Notes: generated by a model not told the origin, from the sequence alone. DNA of 64,000 nucleotides from an uncultured Fibrobacterota bacterium (GCA_963753345.1 CAVWBU010000018.1:64001-128000); one strand, 5' to 3'. Positions 21,526 through 32,494 are shown, counted from the first letter of the stretch. Translations and numbers: made by a program.

Positions 21526-21585
21526 TAAGAGCTTATCCGTAAATAATGATTTGGGCTGCACCTGGCTGCAAAAAAAGGAGAACTA

Positions 21586-21954
21586 GTGAACTACACGGGC
21601 CAATCGCCATCGGAGCTCATCTCGAAAAGAATCGCCGAACTAGGGGATTGGCGCGGGGAAACCCTTGGCAGAATGCGCAAGCTCATCAAGGAAGCAGACC
21701 CGGACGTCGTCGAGGAGTGGAAGTGGATGGGCACTCCGGTTTGGTCGCACGACGGCATCATCTGCACCGGCGAGTCCTACAAGGATGTCGTGAAGCTTAC
21801 TTTCTCCAAGGGTGCGTCTCTCAAGGATCCGGCCCGTCTCTTCAACGCGAGTCTCGACGGAAACGCACGCCGCGCGATCGACATTCACAAAGGAGAAGAA
21901 GTTGGCGAGGCTGCCTTCAAGGCGCTCGTTCGTCAAGCGATCGCCCTCACCTAA
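21586..21954 (+). CDS. DUF1801 (YdhG-like) domain protein
   Basis: [44 protein letters not shown]...[23 protein letters not shown]. Confidence 0.85.
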   Translation: MNYTGQSPSELISKRIAELGDWRGETLGRMRKLIKEADPDVVEEWKWMGTPVWSHDGIICTGESYKDVVKLTFSKGASLKDPARLFNASLDGNARRAIDIHKGEEVGEAAFKALVRQAIALT

Positions 21955-23357
21955 ATTTTTATGGTCAGTTTCTTTGTTACGGTTAACGTTCCTGCCTTTA
22001 GCGTAAAGAAATAGACTCCGCTTGGATACCGGCTCGCATCGAAGGTGAACGAATGTTCGCCCGTCGATTGCTGTTCGTTGACCAGCGCCGCAATTTCCTG
22101 TCCGATACTATTATAAATCGTCAGGGTAACCTGACTCAAGGCGGGCAACCGGTAGCTGATTTTCGCAGTCGATTTCAACGGATTCAGATAATTCGAGGAG
22201 AGAGAAAAATTCACCGCATTATTGTTGCTTAACCGGGCCCGTACGCCGGCTCCCGCTATTGAATATCCTTTGAGCGTATTATCGCATCCATCCCACATCC
22301 AGAATAATGTATTTGCAAATACACCGGCTGCTGCCGGAGGAACGTTATAATTCCCGAGCGAAGTGCCGGTCGCCGGATTCAATTGCCGCAAACTATCGAT
22401 TCCAACCCACAGATACGCGTCCGCATAACAGATCGATTGCGGATGTCCTATGATCTTGAACAGATACGTCGTCGGAAGTTTTGCATCGTGTGCCGGATCG
22501 TATTTCATCACTCCGTGTGCCGTGCCGGAATCCACCACAAGGTAGAAGACGGTGCCGTCGCTCGCCATTCCTGTCGCAAGTGACAGACTCGTATCGAGAG
22601 GAATCTGATTCGATGAAGAGCTTGCTGCAATGTTGATCTGGAAAAGGCCATCCCTGCCGCCGTTCCCGGATGGATCGCCGTATCCGCCCGTTGCCCATAG
22701 TGTGCCGTTGACGAAAAGAAAACTGTTGAGCCAGGAAACGCCGTTTTGTGAACTCTGGAGCGTGAAAATGTGGGTCGCGCTTACCTCTCCGGTTGAGGGA
22801 TTTATTACATAGATTTTCGCACTGCCGGCACCTTTGTAGTCGTGCTTGTACAAATAGAACGAACTCCCATCGTACGCGAGCGCCGGTTCAACTCCTGCAT
22901 TTGTTTCGCTCGGAAGGGTGAGAATCTGAGTCGGGGCGCTGTAGCCGGAGACATGGTAAAACGGATTTGGATGTTCGGTTGTACCGTCGGTCAGGGTAAT
23001 GTTGATGCCGCTGACGGAATTATTTCCCGTTATGACGACTGGGGCAATGTTACCCGAAATGTTGTAGAAGCCCCACGGATCGGTTTGTTTCATACAACCC
23101 GGGTTAGCACTTAAAAGCGAACCTATATAGTACGTTCCGTCCGGAAGACCGCCCATTGAATAATTCCCCAGGGAATCGCCATCGGAGAATGCCGCCGGCT
23201 GGCCCTGCGGAGTCGTGTCGGTAAGAGCCACAACCATCAGCGTGCCGGTCGTGCTTCCGGTGTAGGTGACCTTTCCGGAGATTGTGCCGGCCATTATTGA
23301 TGAAACAAATATTGAACAATAAAGCAAACAAAAAGAACTGTAACGAATAACTTTCAT
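21951..23357 (-). CDS. Secreted hypothetical protein (beta-rich, propeller-like) with T9SS-tail-like C-terminus
   Basis: Signal peptide; [42 protein letters not shown] tail; start uncertain. Confidence 0.7.
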   Translation of the reverse strand: MKVIRYSSFCLLYCSIFVSSIMAGTISGKVTYTGSTTGTLMVVALTDTTPQGQPAAFSDGDSLGNYSMGGLPDGTYYIGSLLSANPGCMKQTDPWGFYNISGNIAPVVITGNNSVSGINITLTDGTTEHPNPFYHVSGYSAPTQILTLPSETNAGVEPALAYDGSSFYLYKHDYKGAGSAKIYVINPSTGEVSATHIFTLQSSQNGVSWLNSFLFVNGTLWATGGYGDPSGNGGRDGLFQINIAASSSSNQIPLDTSLSLATGMASDGTVFYLVVDSGTAHGVMKYDPAHDAKLPTTYLFKIIGHPQSICYADAYLWVGIDSLRQLNPATGTSLGNYNVPPAAAGVFANTLFWMWDGCDNTLKGYSIAGAGVRARLSNNNAVNFSLSSNYLNPLKSTAKISYRLPALSQVTLTIYNSIGQEIAALVNEQQSTGEHSFTFDASRYPSGVYFFTLKAGTLTVTKKLTIKI

Positions 23358-23529
23358 GATCATATCCTCCCATAGTTCCAAGGTTTAATGATACGGTATT
23401 ATCGACGTAATTGGAAACAGATTGTATCTTAACACCGGAAGAATGTCAATCAATTGATAGGAATCATGATTTTTTGCCGCCATTGGTCAGCGTACAGCCA
23501 TGATTGTGCGGTGTGTCAGCAATCGTTGA

Positions 23530-23751
23530 TTATTTACCGCTGCGAGATTCTCGTATGATATTAATCAATTCTTGCGTTGTAATTTTTGTGGTAATGCCTT
23601 TGACTTCAAGAGGGGATCGTTTTGCAGACTTTTGCCTGAGGCTGTACACTCTTCCATCCTGTCTTTTTATTAGTACTTCGCCGGTTTTGCTTGCCGTGTC
23701 CAACAGAGACGCAAAATTCTGGCGGGCATTTGAAAATGTAAATACTGTCAT
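23530..23751 (-). CDS. Phd/YefM-family antitoxin
   Basis: MTVFTFSNARQNFASLLDTA...EVLIKRQDG. Confidence 0.8.
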   Translation of the reverse strand: MTVFTFSNARQNFASLLDTASKTGEVLIKRQDGRVYSLRQKSAKRSPLEVKGITTKITTQELINIIRESRSGK

Positions 23752-24146
23752 AAAGCACCTTTCAAATCTTTTATCTTAAGTTTTGTTGCAGTTTCACTCA
23801 AACGATGATCCAAGGTTAAGAGCGCAGCCTTGTTTTCCAATGCACATGCAAGCATGTACGAATCATAAGCATAAATTCCAAAATCGTGTGAGATTTTCAA
23901 AGCGTCTCCCATGTCAATACTCATGATTTCCAAAGGAATTTCTTGATACATTCTGTACGCCTCCATCGCCTCCCTGTAAATAATACGCTTTTTCTTGAAC
24001 ATGAGTGAAAAGGCATTTCCAATTTCCCAATGAAGAGACATCGGAGCGATGAGATGTGCATCTTTGGTGATTTCAATAAGCTGACGCTTTTCCGGTTCAT
24101 TCAATACAACGGCAAGAATTGTCGACGTATCAACTGTTATTTTCAA
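23748..24146 (-). CDS. vapC: PIN-domain (VapC-family) toxin
   Basis: TTG start after AAGGAG; VDTS, EIGNA, YAYDSY, LLTLD acidic PIN motifs; 4-bp overlap with the antitoxin. Confidence 0.82.
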   Translation of the reverse strand: MKITVDTSTILAVVLNEPEKRQLIEITKDAHLIAPMSLHWEIGNAFSLMFKKKRIIYREAMEAYRMYQEIPLEIMSIDMGDALKISHDFGIYAYDSYMLACALENKAALLTLDHRLSETATKLKIKDLKGAL

Positions 24147-24158
24147 TGTGGCTCCTTG

Positions 24159-24193
24159 TGTACAATTGTACAATGAATATACGACACATTCAA
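24159..24193 (-). promoter_or_regulatory. Sigma70 promoter with overlapping TGTACA palindromic operator
   Basis: Minus strand TTGAAT-17 nt-TACAAT; palindrome TGTACAATTGTACA at 24159-24172. Confidence 0.7.
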
Positions 24194-24350
24194 GAACGAT
24201 GCAATTTGTTTTATGAAGGGTGAGTCAACAAGAAGTATCCAAGCTGCCGATCCTCCGAATATCATCGAAGCTGGGCAGAATGGGGTAGAGCGGGAAACCG
24301 GGGGAGAAGCAAGCGTCGGTGGAGCTTCTGCAAAATCCCGTGGAGGGAAC

Positions 24351-24382
24351 GCAGAGCCTCGCAGTAAGCTGCGAGGTTCTGC
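24351..24382. repeat. Hairpin GCAGAGCCTCGCAG-TAAG-CTGCGAGGTTCTGC
   Basis: Near-perfect inverted repeat after the GH116 stop; resembles the hairpin at 32463-32494. Confidence 0.55.
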
Positions 24383-24401
24383 GTTCCCGGGAATCTGCCT
24401 T

Positions 24402-27400
24402 CTACTGAACAATGACGGTAAAAGCCTTTTTCGCAGCAGTCTTGTTTCCAGCTTTGTCAACCGCGGATACGTTCCATGTATGCGTACCCGTGGGAACAGA
24501 CGCGGCGGAATACACTGCAAGAGGTGTCCCATAAACGCCGAACTCGTAAATCGAATTGCCGTAGGTCGTGGCGCGTTTTGTGCAGAGGATGCGGACATAC
24601 CGACCGATGGCGCTCAGGCCCCTGATTGACTCTTTTCCGCCTGCGCCCGTGGTTGTCTGGTATACGGCCTTTCCCGTCCAGTTCAAGGTGTCGTTTGCAA
24701 CATCGATTTCATACGACGATGCAAATGCCGCCTCCCACGAGATCGTTACGGAATCTATTCTTGAAGGCGCGCCAAGGTCTATGGAGAGCCATTGGTTGTC
24801 GGCCCACGCGCTTTCCCACCGGGTGGTGGCATTTCCATCAACTGCGTTTGCCGCCACATTGCCCTCCAGCACCGACGATGCGTTTGCGGTTTTGCCGAGC
24901 GCAAGATTCCCGTACGACGTGTTGCCGGTGTCGCAGGCCACATCGGCCGCTTTCACGCCGTCAAGGGAGAACTCGTAGTGGTCCATGCCGGTTCCGTTGT
25001 CCGTTGCGGTCTGCCAGAAAAACGACACTGCGGGACCGGAAACGGTCGCGTTGTCGGCTGGCGCCACGAGTGAAAACGGGGACGGCGGGACAGTGTCGGA
25101 ATACACGAAGGTCTGCTTTGCCGACGAAGTGCTCAGGTTAACCCAGTTGACCGCCGAAATATACCATTGGAAAGAACCCGGCACGATGGCGGTGAAGGCA
25201 TAGGACGTGTCTGTTGTGGACGCGACTTTGTTGCCATTGACAAACACATCATATCGCTGGATGCCGGATTCCGGGTCCGAGCTTTGGTTCCACACAAGCA
25301 CCGGCATCGTGCTCTGGACGGTGGAACCGTTTGCAGGCGAAACGAGGCCGAATGCAAGCGGCGGGGTCGCATCGTTGAACCCCTGGTCGACGGCGTCGAT
25401 AAGAACGCCGGCCGAATCGACCGTGCCGGTCCAGTTTATTTTGATCCGGTGATCGAAGGTGCCGCTTCCGACGCGGGAAAACGGCGTGGTTGCCCCGTTG
25501 ACCGTGACGCTAACGGTGGTGGCGGGCAGGAATCTGTCCGAAATGTAAATTGACGAGACTTTTTGCGGCTTGTCAAAGCGGACCGTTATGGTCTGGTTCT
25601 GGTACGTGCCCCCGTCTTCCTTGTAGGAAATCGTGCCATAATTTCCCGGCATGCAGAACAGCGCATTTCTGAGCTCGTGATTCATCGAGGCGCCCCACTT
25701 GTCGGTCGTGGAGGGAAGTTTTGGTTCGACATACAATGCGTTGGTGTACGCATTATACCAGAACCCGATAAGGGAATAATAATTTCGCCATACAACCGGC
25801 ATGCTCACGTAAAAACTGTGGCCGCTCCAATCGGTGGAAGCGAAATTATCGCCGAGCCCGTTGTACACCAGGTAAATTCCGCCGTCGAACACCCTGTTGC
25901 GGTTGCCGAAATACCTGTTGTAAAAATCCCTTTGTATGGCCCGCCATTCTGCAACATGGTTGGTGTTTAAGAATGCGCCGCCGAGATGGCCCATCACATA
26001 CGGCACCCATCCTTCGTTTTCACCGTCCGACCCCGAAGCCGCCATGCCCTGATCGAGCGGGTGCCAGAATCCGTTGATCAAATAGGACAACGTGGTGTTG
26101 ATATCGGCATCTGAAAACATCTGGTCTTCATGAAAGTACAGAGACATCCACAACCCGGCAAACGGCGTTTCCTGGTTTGCGGTCATGCTGGTTGCCGGAT
26201 TGGCCAGATACCGCTTCTTAAAGGAGGCGATTCCGGTGGTATATGCTGTTGTAAAGCTGTCCTGCATCCCGGCGTCGCCGTAAATCCCGGCCATTTCCGC
26301 AATGATCTTGAAGGCAGTAAGGGCAAGTCCGGAGTTGTAAAGATCGTGGTCCTGCGGGCCCTTGTCGTAGGTTGCCCCGGTACCCTGAAAGGTAAATGGA
26401 TACGTTGTGTTACCGTTGTCGATGGTTGCAATTCTGTACAGACGTTGCGCTGTTCGCTTGAAATACGGCCAGTATGTGTCCATGCGCGTCTTGTCGCCGG
26501 TTGCGACAAACGATTCGTACACGCCGAAGAGGAATCCGCAATCGAGGTCCGCCCAGTTGGGGCCGCCCCAGCCGTGATACCCGGGAGCATCCCATTGGCA
26601 GGTCTTATGATCAGTCACCTGTCCCGCGGTAGGGGCAAAATCGTGCGAAATCTGGCCGTCATTATCGCCGCCGACCATTTCGGTACGCGCCCAGAATTCC
26701 ATTTCGGAAGCGTTGGGCCAGGAAAACATCGGGCCGTTGATACGCCAAATTTCGGAACCGAACGAATGCCACCCCTGGTCCATCTGGCCGAACCACGTGT
26801 ACACGCCTTCCCATTCGCTGTAACGGCCGTCCTTGGTATAAATGCTGCTGTTTGTCCAGGTGGTCTGGTCCAGCGTGGTGTTCACGATCCAGTCGGGAAC
26901 ATTGGAAGAGCGGAAGCGCTCCACGAATTGCACGGCACGCGATTCCAGGTCGTTGTAATTGTCAAGACCGGCCTGCGCAAAAAACTGCGCACTGGTTCCC
27001 AGGTTCGAGTAATAGTACCCGGCTGGATCGTCGGACTTGTACCAGGAAAGAACAAATTCGATGTCCTTTTTCTCGCCCGGGCCAAGCGTGACTTTCGACG
27101 CGACCATGTTGACCGTGCCGGACGGCGCATTGTTGAGCGTGCCGGAGGCAAGAAAACCTGCATCATTTCCCACGGTAACGATTGCCGCCGGATCACTGCT
27201 TTGAACAAAGAGCGCCATTGACGGGGCCCCGCCCTCTGCAGTAAAGCCTTTTCCGGAAACAAGCGTCGGCGTAGAACCGGTGGAGATCTGGAATGCGCAG
27301 GCCGCATCCACCGAGCTGTTGTTCATATTGCGCAACGTCAAGCGGTAAAACGCAACAGGCCAGGTCATTTTCGTCTGGTCCGCAAGGTTATACGGCGCGA

Positions 27401-28637
27401 ATGCGGCAAGTGTTACCGACACATTGTTCGTCTGGCCAAAATTTGCGTATTCGACAGGGAAGATGGCGTCATCGTCATAACGACTGTTAGCATTATACGT
27501 ACGCTTTGTCGCGCTCATTGCGGCCTGAGTCACCACCGCCGATCCGCGTTTGGTGTACAGCGAAAATTTCCAATTCGGTTGCTGAACATAATCCTCCTGG
27601 CCCGCCGGCGTCTTAGCCTGAAACGCGAATTGGCCGTTCCACGGGCAAAATTTCACCGCGCCCGCACCCGCGCCGCCGAGGGGCGCTCCCGAGGTGCCGT
27701 CCACGGCCTCCGCAATAGTAAAGCTTCCGGTGCTGCTTGCCTTGTCGCCTGCCGAAGAATGGGCGACAACATTCCATGAATGAGAAGAACCGACCGGCGT
27801 TGCGGCAATGGTCGTGACCACGACTTCGCCGAAGGTGACGCTCGCGGCAATGCTGTCCGCCACTTTGTTTCCGTCAACCATTATGGCATAGCCGGTTGCG
27901 CCGGCCAGGGCGTTCCACTCAAAGATTATCGAGCCGCCGGGTGACTTGAAAACACGCGTCCCGTCCGCGGGATAGGTGATATCGAAGGGGGCTTTTTCCA
28001 GGACAAAATTATAGGTACCGGAATACGCGCTTATTGAGCTCAGACCTTCCGCGTACCCAGATGCGGTCGCGATAAGCGTATCCACCACCGCTGCCCGCTT
28101 TGCAGACGCGGATGCCGCAAAATAGCCGTGAACGCAGGTGAGGCCGCCCTGCATGCCTGCATGTTTGTTGACATAGGTAAGCGCGTGCGTGGTGGTGACC
28201 GTGCCGATCCGTGCCTTTACCACATACATTTTTGCCGGAAGATTCGCGTTCACCAGCGGCAGCCGGTATTCACCAGGAGCCAGCGACGTATTGACAAGAT
28301 CGGCAACAAGTCTGCCGGTCAGGTCGTACAGTTGTATCCGGACCGGCTGTGTTTTTGCCACGGCAAACGAAAGAGAAAGTCCATGGACCACCGGCGCGGA
28401 AGCGAATGACGGCGCGGACGGCGAAGGGAGGTTTTGCGTGGAAACAAGGCTGTAGGCACCGTTGGTGTCTGTTGACGTGGTGAGACCGGCCTGGACAAGA
28501 CGCACCGTTGCGCCGGTGATTCCTTTGCCGCTTGCGTCCTTGACCGTTCCTGTAATGGAAATTGCCTGGGCAAAAGCATGGTAAACCAGCCCTGCCGTCA
28601 AAACACACAGGACGCATAACCGACGCTTTTTGTTCAT
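24402..28637 (-). CDS. Secreted GH116-like (GBA2-type) glycosidase with N-terminal module, Ig-like domains and F5/8 type C (CBM32-like) domain
   Basis: SGAPLGGAGAG, YSEWEG, WADL, TYD motifs; NLALGKTANASS...AVDGNATTRWES...WLSIDLG...YGNSIYEFGVY. Confidence 0.75.
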   Translation of the reverse strand: MNKKRRLCVLCVLTAGLVYHAFAQAISITGTVKDASGKGITGATVRLVQAGLTTSTDTNGAYSLVSTQNLPSPSAPSFASAPVVHGLSLSFAVAKTQPVRIQLYDLTGRLVADLVNTSLAPGEYRLPLVNANLPAKMYVVKARIGTVTTTHALTYVNKHAGMQGGLTCVHGYFAASASAKRAAVVDTLIATASGYAEGLSSISAYSGTYNFVLEKAPFDITYPADGTRVFKSPGGSIIFEWNALAGATGYAIMVDGNKVADSIAASVTFGEVVVTTIAATPVGSSHSWNVVAHSSAGDKASSTGSFTIAEAVDGTSGAPLGGAGAGAVKFCPWNGQFAFQAKTPAGQEDYVQQPNWKFSLYTKRGSAVVTQAAMSATKRTYNANSRYDDDAIFPVEYANFGQTNNVSVTLAAFAPYNLADQTKMTWPVAFYRLTLRNMNNSSVDAACAFQISTGSTPTLVSGKGFTAEGGAPSMALFVQSSDPAAIVTVGNDAGFLASGTLNNAPSGTVNMVASKVTLGPGEKKDIEFVLSWYKSDDPAGYYYSNLGTSAQFFAQAGLDNYNDLESRAVQFVERFRSSNVPDWIVNTTLDQTTWTNSSIYTKDGRYSEWEGVYTWFGQMDQGWHSFGSEIWRINGPMFSWPNASEMEFWARTEMVGGDNDGQISHDFAPTAGQVTDHKTCQWDAPGYHGWGGPNWADLDCGFLFGVYESFVATGDKTRMDTYWPYFKRTAQRLYRIATIDNGNTTYPFTFQGTGATYDKGPQDHDLYNSGLALTAFKIIAEMAGIYGDAGMQDSFTTAYTTGIASFKKRYLANPATSMTANQETPFAGLWMSLYFHEDQMFSDADINTTLSYLINGFWHPLDQGMAASGSDGENEGWVPYVMGHLGGAFLNTNHVAEWRAIQRDFYNRYFGNRNRVFDGGIYLVYNGLGDNFASTDWSGHSFYVSMPVVWRNYYSLIGFWYNAYTNALYVEPKLPSTTDKWGASMNHELRNALFCMPGNYGTISYKEDGGTYQNQTITVRFDKPQKVSSIYISDRFLPATTVSVTVNGATTPFSRVGSGTFDHRIKINWTGTVDSAGVLIDAVDQGFNDATPPLAFGLVSPANGSTVQSTMPVLVWNQSSDPESGIQRYDVFVNGNKVASTTDTSYAFTAIVPGSFQWYISAVNWVNLSTSSAKQTFVYSDTVPPSPFSLVAPADNATVSGPAVSFFWQTATDNGTGMDHYEFSLDGVKAADVACDTGNTSYGNLALGKTANASSVLEGNVAANAVDGNATTRWESAWADNQWLSIDLGAPSRIDSVTISWEAAFASSYEIDVANDTLNWTGKAVYQTTTGAGGKESIRGLSAIGRYVRILCTKRATTYGNSIYEFGVYGTPLAVYSAASVPTGTHTWNVSAVDKAGNKTAAKKAFTVIVQ

Positions 28638-28757
28638 TGCATTACCTCTTTTGGCAAAGGTGCTGGTGCGGGGTCCTCTTGATCATATGATTATACACCC
28701 AAAAATTGAGCCCGTCGATGACTTACGATTAACGGAAACGTGATTTTTTTTAAACGT

Positions 28758-28937
28758 CTATGACTCTATCTTTTCCGCAATGAGATGCGTTGACTGGTCT
28801 TCTGTGTTGAACCAGAAAATCAGCGTTCTGTTTTCGCAGGTGAAGCAATCGGAAAAAGATGCTTTGTCCTGAAGAGGACAAATGGCCCCGTACTGCATCA
28901 TTGCCCGCTGAATCATTCTTTCTCTTATTTCACCCAT
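28758..28937 (-). CDS. Small hypothetical protein
   Basis: MGEIRERMIQRAMMQYGAICP...CFTCENRTLIFWFNTEDQSTH; protein-like, with upstream AAGGCGG. Confidence 0.5.
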   Translation of the reverse strand: MGEIRERMIQRAMMQYGAICPLQDKASFSDCFTCENRTLIFWFNTEDQSTHLIAEKIES

Positions 28938-29214
28938 TTTCTGCCGCCTTTTCCGGTGGATACATGAGATCTTCGGGTTTTTCCTTTTTCCCTGCCTCCA
29001 TAAATTTACCCTGTTTTTGCTGAAAAACACTCTGGCAAGATAAAATACCGTATACTTCTTGTTTACATAATCATATTGATATTAAATGAGTTAAGTGCCA
29101 ATGTTGGTATCATCATCAATGCAATGTTTACATTGAGAGCAAACCTTTTGCGAATCTGAAATCTGAAAGGAGGAGAGGGCGATCCGCCATAACGACCGCG
29201 CGTTCTCGTTTCTG

Positions 29215-30568
29215 TTACGGCATTTGATTCCCCGGCGAGGTCACCACCATATCGGCCGCGGTAATGCCGAACATATACATGTCGTCCATATACAAAGTGT
29301 CGTCTAGTCAAGGCAAAGAACGATATCGAGGTCACGCCGCGCGACGCGCTCTGCCATGTGACGCCGCGCGTTGCGGTCTGGGAACCCGGGTTCGCCACCA
29401 GGTCGGTATTCTTTATCGAAATCCTCTGCCAATCAGCCGGAATCGTGAATTCGTAAATGAATTCTCCTTCGCCGTATTCCACCGTGTCGGTATGAAACAC
29501 CACCCTGTGGCGTCCCGAGCCTTTTGCGTAAAAGCTGAATTCGGTCATTTTGGAAAGGTCGTAGTAAACGCGTGGCGTGCAAATGTCAACGCCGATGCCG
29601 CCGGTCGGAGGTTGTCCCTGGTTGAAATAGATGAAAATCCTCATGGATTTTCCGTGAAATGCGCCGTCGGTGACAATACAACTGTCAAAATCCGAGGGGA
29701 ATACGGCGGGTGAAACAATGTGGCCGTTGGCATTCGGCCGCACGACCCACTCACCGCTTCCGGCGCCGCCCGGCAACGGCAGCTTGTCGTAGATGGCGTT
29801 GCGCGCGACCCCGCCGACAAGAGGGCTTTCGAAATCGTCGAACAGAAGCGCCTGGGCCTGCGCTTCGACCGGAACCACGATAAAGGAACTGCTGAGTGAG
29901 CTGGGATAATAATTCTCCACACCCTGCGCCTCGGAAACCGCTTTGGCAAACTGCACATCGTTGACAAAAACAGTATCGCCGAGATCGGCCGACAGGTCCA
30001 CGTGGAGAAAATCCGCGAAGGAGCCGCTGATAAAGGCGATGTCGTACGCCGAATGCGGCGCGGCGAGCAGTGCGTAATTCCCCTGGCTGTCGGGATAGAA
30101 GGTGATTCCCATGCCCGGCACCACGATCCGCATGGTTTGCAAATCGGACTTGGCTGAAGAGACGATTCTGCCCTTTACAACAGCTTCGTGGTTGACAACA
30201 AGATCGGCAATCATGGAAGCAGAGTCGCCTGCAAGAACGATTTTCTGCAGGATCGCGGACCGTGCGCTGGCCGAATCATTGCAATACAGCGCATAATCTC
30301 CTGCCGCGACGCTGTCGAACCGATACGAGCCGTTTGCAACGGTTTTAACACTTCTGTTTTCCATGATGCTGTCGCCCCGCGGGGTAATTCTGAAAGTACG
30401 CAAATACAACGTCACCCCTGCCGCAGGGTTTCCCTGACCATCAACGACGCTGCCGGAAACCTTTGCATTGCCGGTTGTGCTTGAACCTGCCGCCATGATG
30501 GGTGACGTGCCGCACTTAACAAAAAGCAACAGACTTGCCAGGAGAACAGCCAGACATAGTTGTTTCAT
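29215..30568 (-). CDS. Lipoprotein with carboxypeptidase-regulatory-like domain and CBM11-like C-terminus; frameshift near 29305
   Basis: LLFVKC lipoprotein-type signal then AAGSSTTGN; YDLSKMTEFSFYAKGSG; shifted frame gives DDTLYMDDMYMFGITAADM...* ending 29215. Confidence 0.68.
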
Positions 30569-31410
30569 GATGGGCGATTGTCCTTGGTTCGCGGCGAACG
30601 CATCAAGGGAAACATCTGCATGTTCAACTGATACACGTCGTCGCTTGTGTCAAGAGAATCAACGATCTTGACGACACGATCCCGGAACCCTTCCATCTCC
30701 GCCACAATCATATCATACGCTTCCTTCGTACACCCGACGGTAATCCCGGACGCATACCGTTCCTGTACCGGCACATCATCCAGCGACCGCTCGGCAAGGC
30801 GTATCATCACGCGGTTGAAATTTCTGACGACCATCGACTTCACTTCGGAACGCGTGGTGATTGCCTTGTGGGTCTGCTCGTATCTGCCGTTCTTCTGTTT
30901 TTTAAGGAGATCATGGGCAAGGAGCCACGCCACGGCCTTCTGCGCATCGTCGGGGGATATTTCCGGATGAACGCTTTTCGCCACCAGGTCCCAGTCGTCG
31001 TTGTAATCGTGCTGGCAGATCCCCTCACGGAGGGCGCTCACATACCATTTGTCGTAATAATCGAAATGATCATCTTCCATGACGTGCTGGGACACCTGGT
31101 CGGACATGGACTTGAGCACACGGTAATATTCCTGTTTTTCAAGGGACGATTTTGCCTGGTTGAAATGGACGAGGTTGCGGAAAAATACCGCTTCTTTCTC
31201 TTTGAGACCAACGCCTTTGACAAATTTGTCGATTGTCTTGCTGCTCAGGTTTCTTTTGCCGTCAATGACCATCTTGAGAAGAATGGGAGCATTGACCCCG
31301 GCGCGCAGCGCGAAGAACCGGTAGGAAAAGTATTTCCTGGTCTTCTTCGCATCGTCGTAGAAGTCTTTGAGAAACCGGCGATAGTCGATATATTCGAAGA
31401 CTGATTTCAT
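30565..31410 (-). CDS. TIGR02147-family (DUF4423) protein
   Basis: MKSVFEYIDYRRFLKDFY...FSYRFFA..AG...GKRNLS...FNQAK...WY...VYQLNMQMFPL; overlaps the downstream lipoprotein gene. Confidence 0.85.
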   Translation of the reverse strand: MKSVFEYIDYRRFLKDFYDDAKKTRKYFSYRFFALRAGVNAPILLKMVIDGKRNLSSKTIDKFVKGVGLKEKEAVFFRNLVHFNQAKSSLEKQEYYRVLKSMSDQVSQHVMEDDHFDYYDKWYVSALREGICQHDYNDDWDLVAKSVHPEISPDDAQKAVAWLLAHDLLKKQKNGRYEQTHKAITTRSEVKSMVVRNFNRVMIRLAERSLDDVPVQERYASGITVGCTKEAYDMIVAEMEGFRDRVVKIVDSLDTSDDVYQLNMQMFPLMRSPRTKDNRPS

Positions 31411-31867
31411 AAACAGTGGAAATCCTTTTTGAACCATCGAGGTACCAACAACCTAATATACAGCAAATTCACCCGATGCATACGCGGAAAAAATAATATG
31501 CGTACACTGTTTGTTTACATCGGTTCACGTAAAAACAACAAGTTACAATGATTTTAAGCACTTGCGTATTCTAAAATGTTCTTTTTGTGGCAGAGTGTTT
31601 CTTTAACATCCGAGCAGATGAGGCATACCCTTCTTAACCTTCGGGCTGCGACCCTTGGAAGTGTGCCCCTTGAGCATCCCTAAAGAGGGACCCGAAGGGT
31701 AAAGCCACGAGACCTGTATTCTCAGGGTTGACAATTGGAGGCGGGGATACCTATATTTTTTCTTGAAGCCGGTCAAGATTCCGAGGGTAAAGCCTCGGAA
31801 TCCCCTCATTTGTCCGCCGCTCAAGAAAAATCAAATTGCCCATCAGGTATTGAAGGGAGCCTGTAAA

Positions 31868-32292
31868 ATGAAGAAGACAATGGCCTCATTTTTTCTGTCA
31901 ACCATGCTGATAGCTGCCGCATCGGGGCAAGAAATAACCGTGGACATCCCCTCCCGCGATGATGCCGGCGGCAAACCGACCAATTTTTGCGCCATGAAAG
32001 CCGGAGGAATCGTGCTGCTCTGCGTAGGTGCTGCATCCCTTGTAACCGGTATCATACTGGTGTCAACAGAGGTGAGCAGGCCGGCATGACGGATGCGGAA
32101 ATGAATTCCCAGATCACCGGAATTGTTTCAGGAGTGGTTTGCATCGGACTGGCAATACCGATGATGGTAGGCGGCGGCGTGTTGACCGGCATAGGAAGCA
32201 AAAAATGCAGGAAGACAAAACCCGACATGGAAATCCAAGGCGGTTATAATATTGACCGGCGATGTTTTACGAGAATTGTCTGCTGTTTTTAA
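31868..32292 (+). pseudogene. Small membrane protein split by a frameshift near 32080
   Basis: MKKTMASFFLSTMLIAAASG signal plus a TM helix; continues in the -1 frame with a second TM helix (GIVSGVVCIGLAIPMMVGGGVLTGIG). Confidence 0.5.
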
Positions 32293-32304
32293 TCACAGTG
32301 GGTC

Positions 32305-32494
32305 TAATTCCTCGAAGCTTGCTTCGACTTTAACTCACCCCTACTCGCTTCGCTCGGCGACGCTTCGAAGCACCCGACGGGGTGTTTCCCCTCTCTTTTC
32401 CCTCTTCAGGGATGCCCGAAGGGGCACAAGAGAGTGGATTAAGGGGTGAGTTGTAGATTCTGGATTCCTCGCAGCTTGCTGCGGGGTTCTTCAA
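32305..32494 (+). mobile_element. Putative non-autonomous IS200/IS605-like miniature element
   Basis: Bounded by hairpins TCGAAGCTTGCTTCGA and CCTCGCAGCTTGCTGCGGGG; ends TTCAA; no ORF. Confidence 0.4.

Noticed and set aside
20572-21600. DGR template repeat or reverse transcriptase next to the FISUMP gene
   Set aside because: No second copy of the variable-region-like sequence and no RT motifs were seen in the window.
29063-29300. C-terminal tail RRHFVYGRH...NINMIM of the 501-aa ORF
   Set aside because: Out-of-frame read-through; the alternative frame gives the expected CBM11-like ending.
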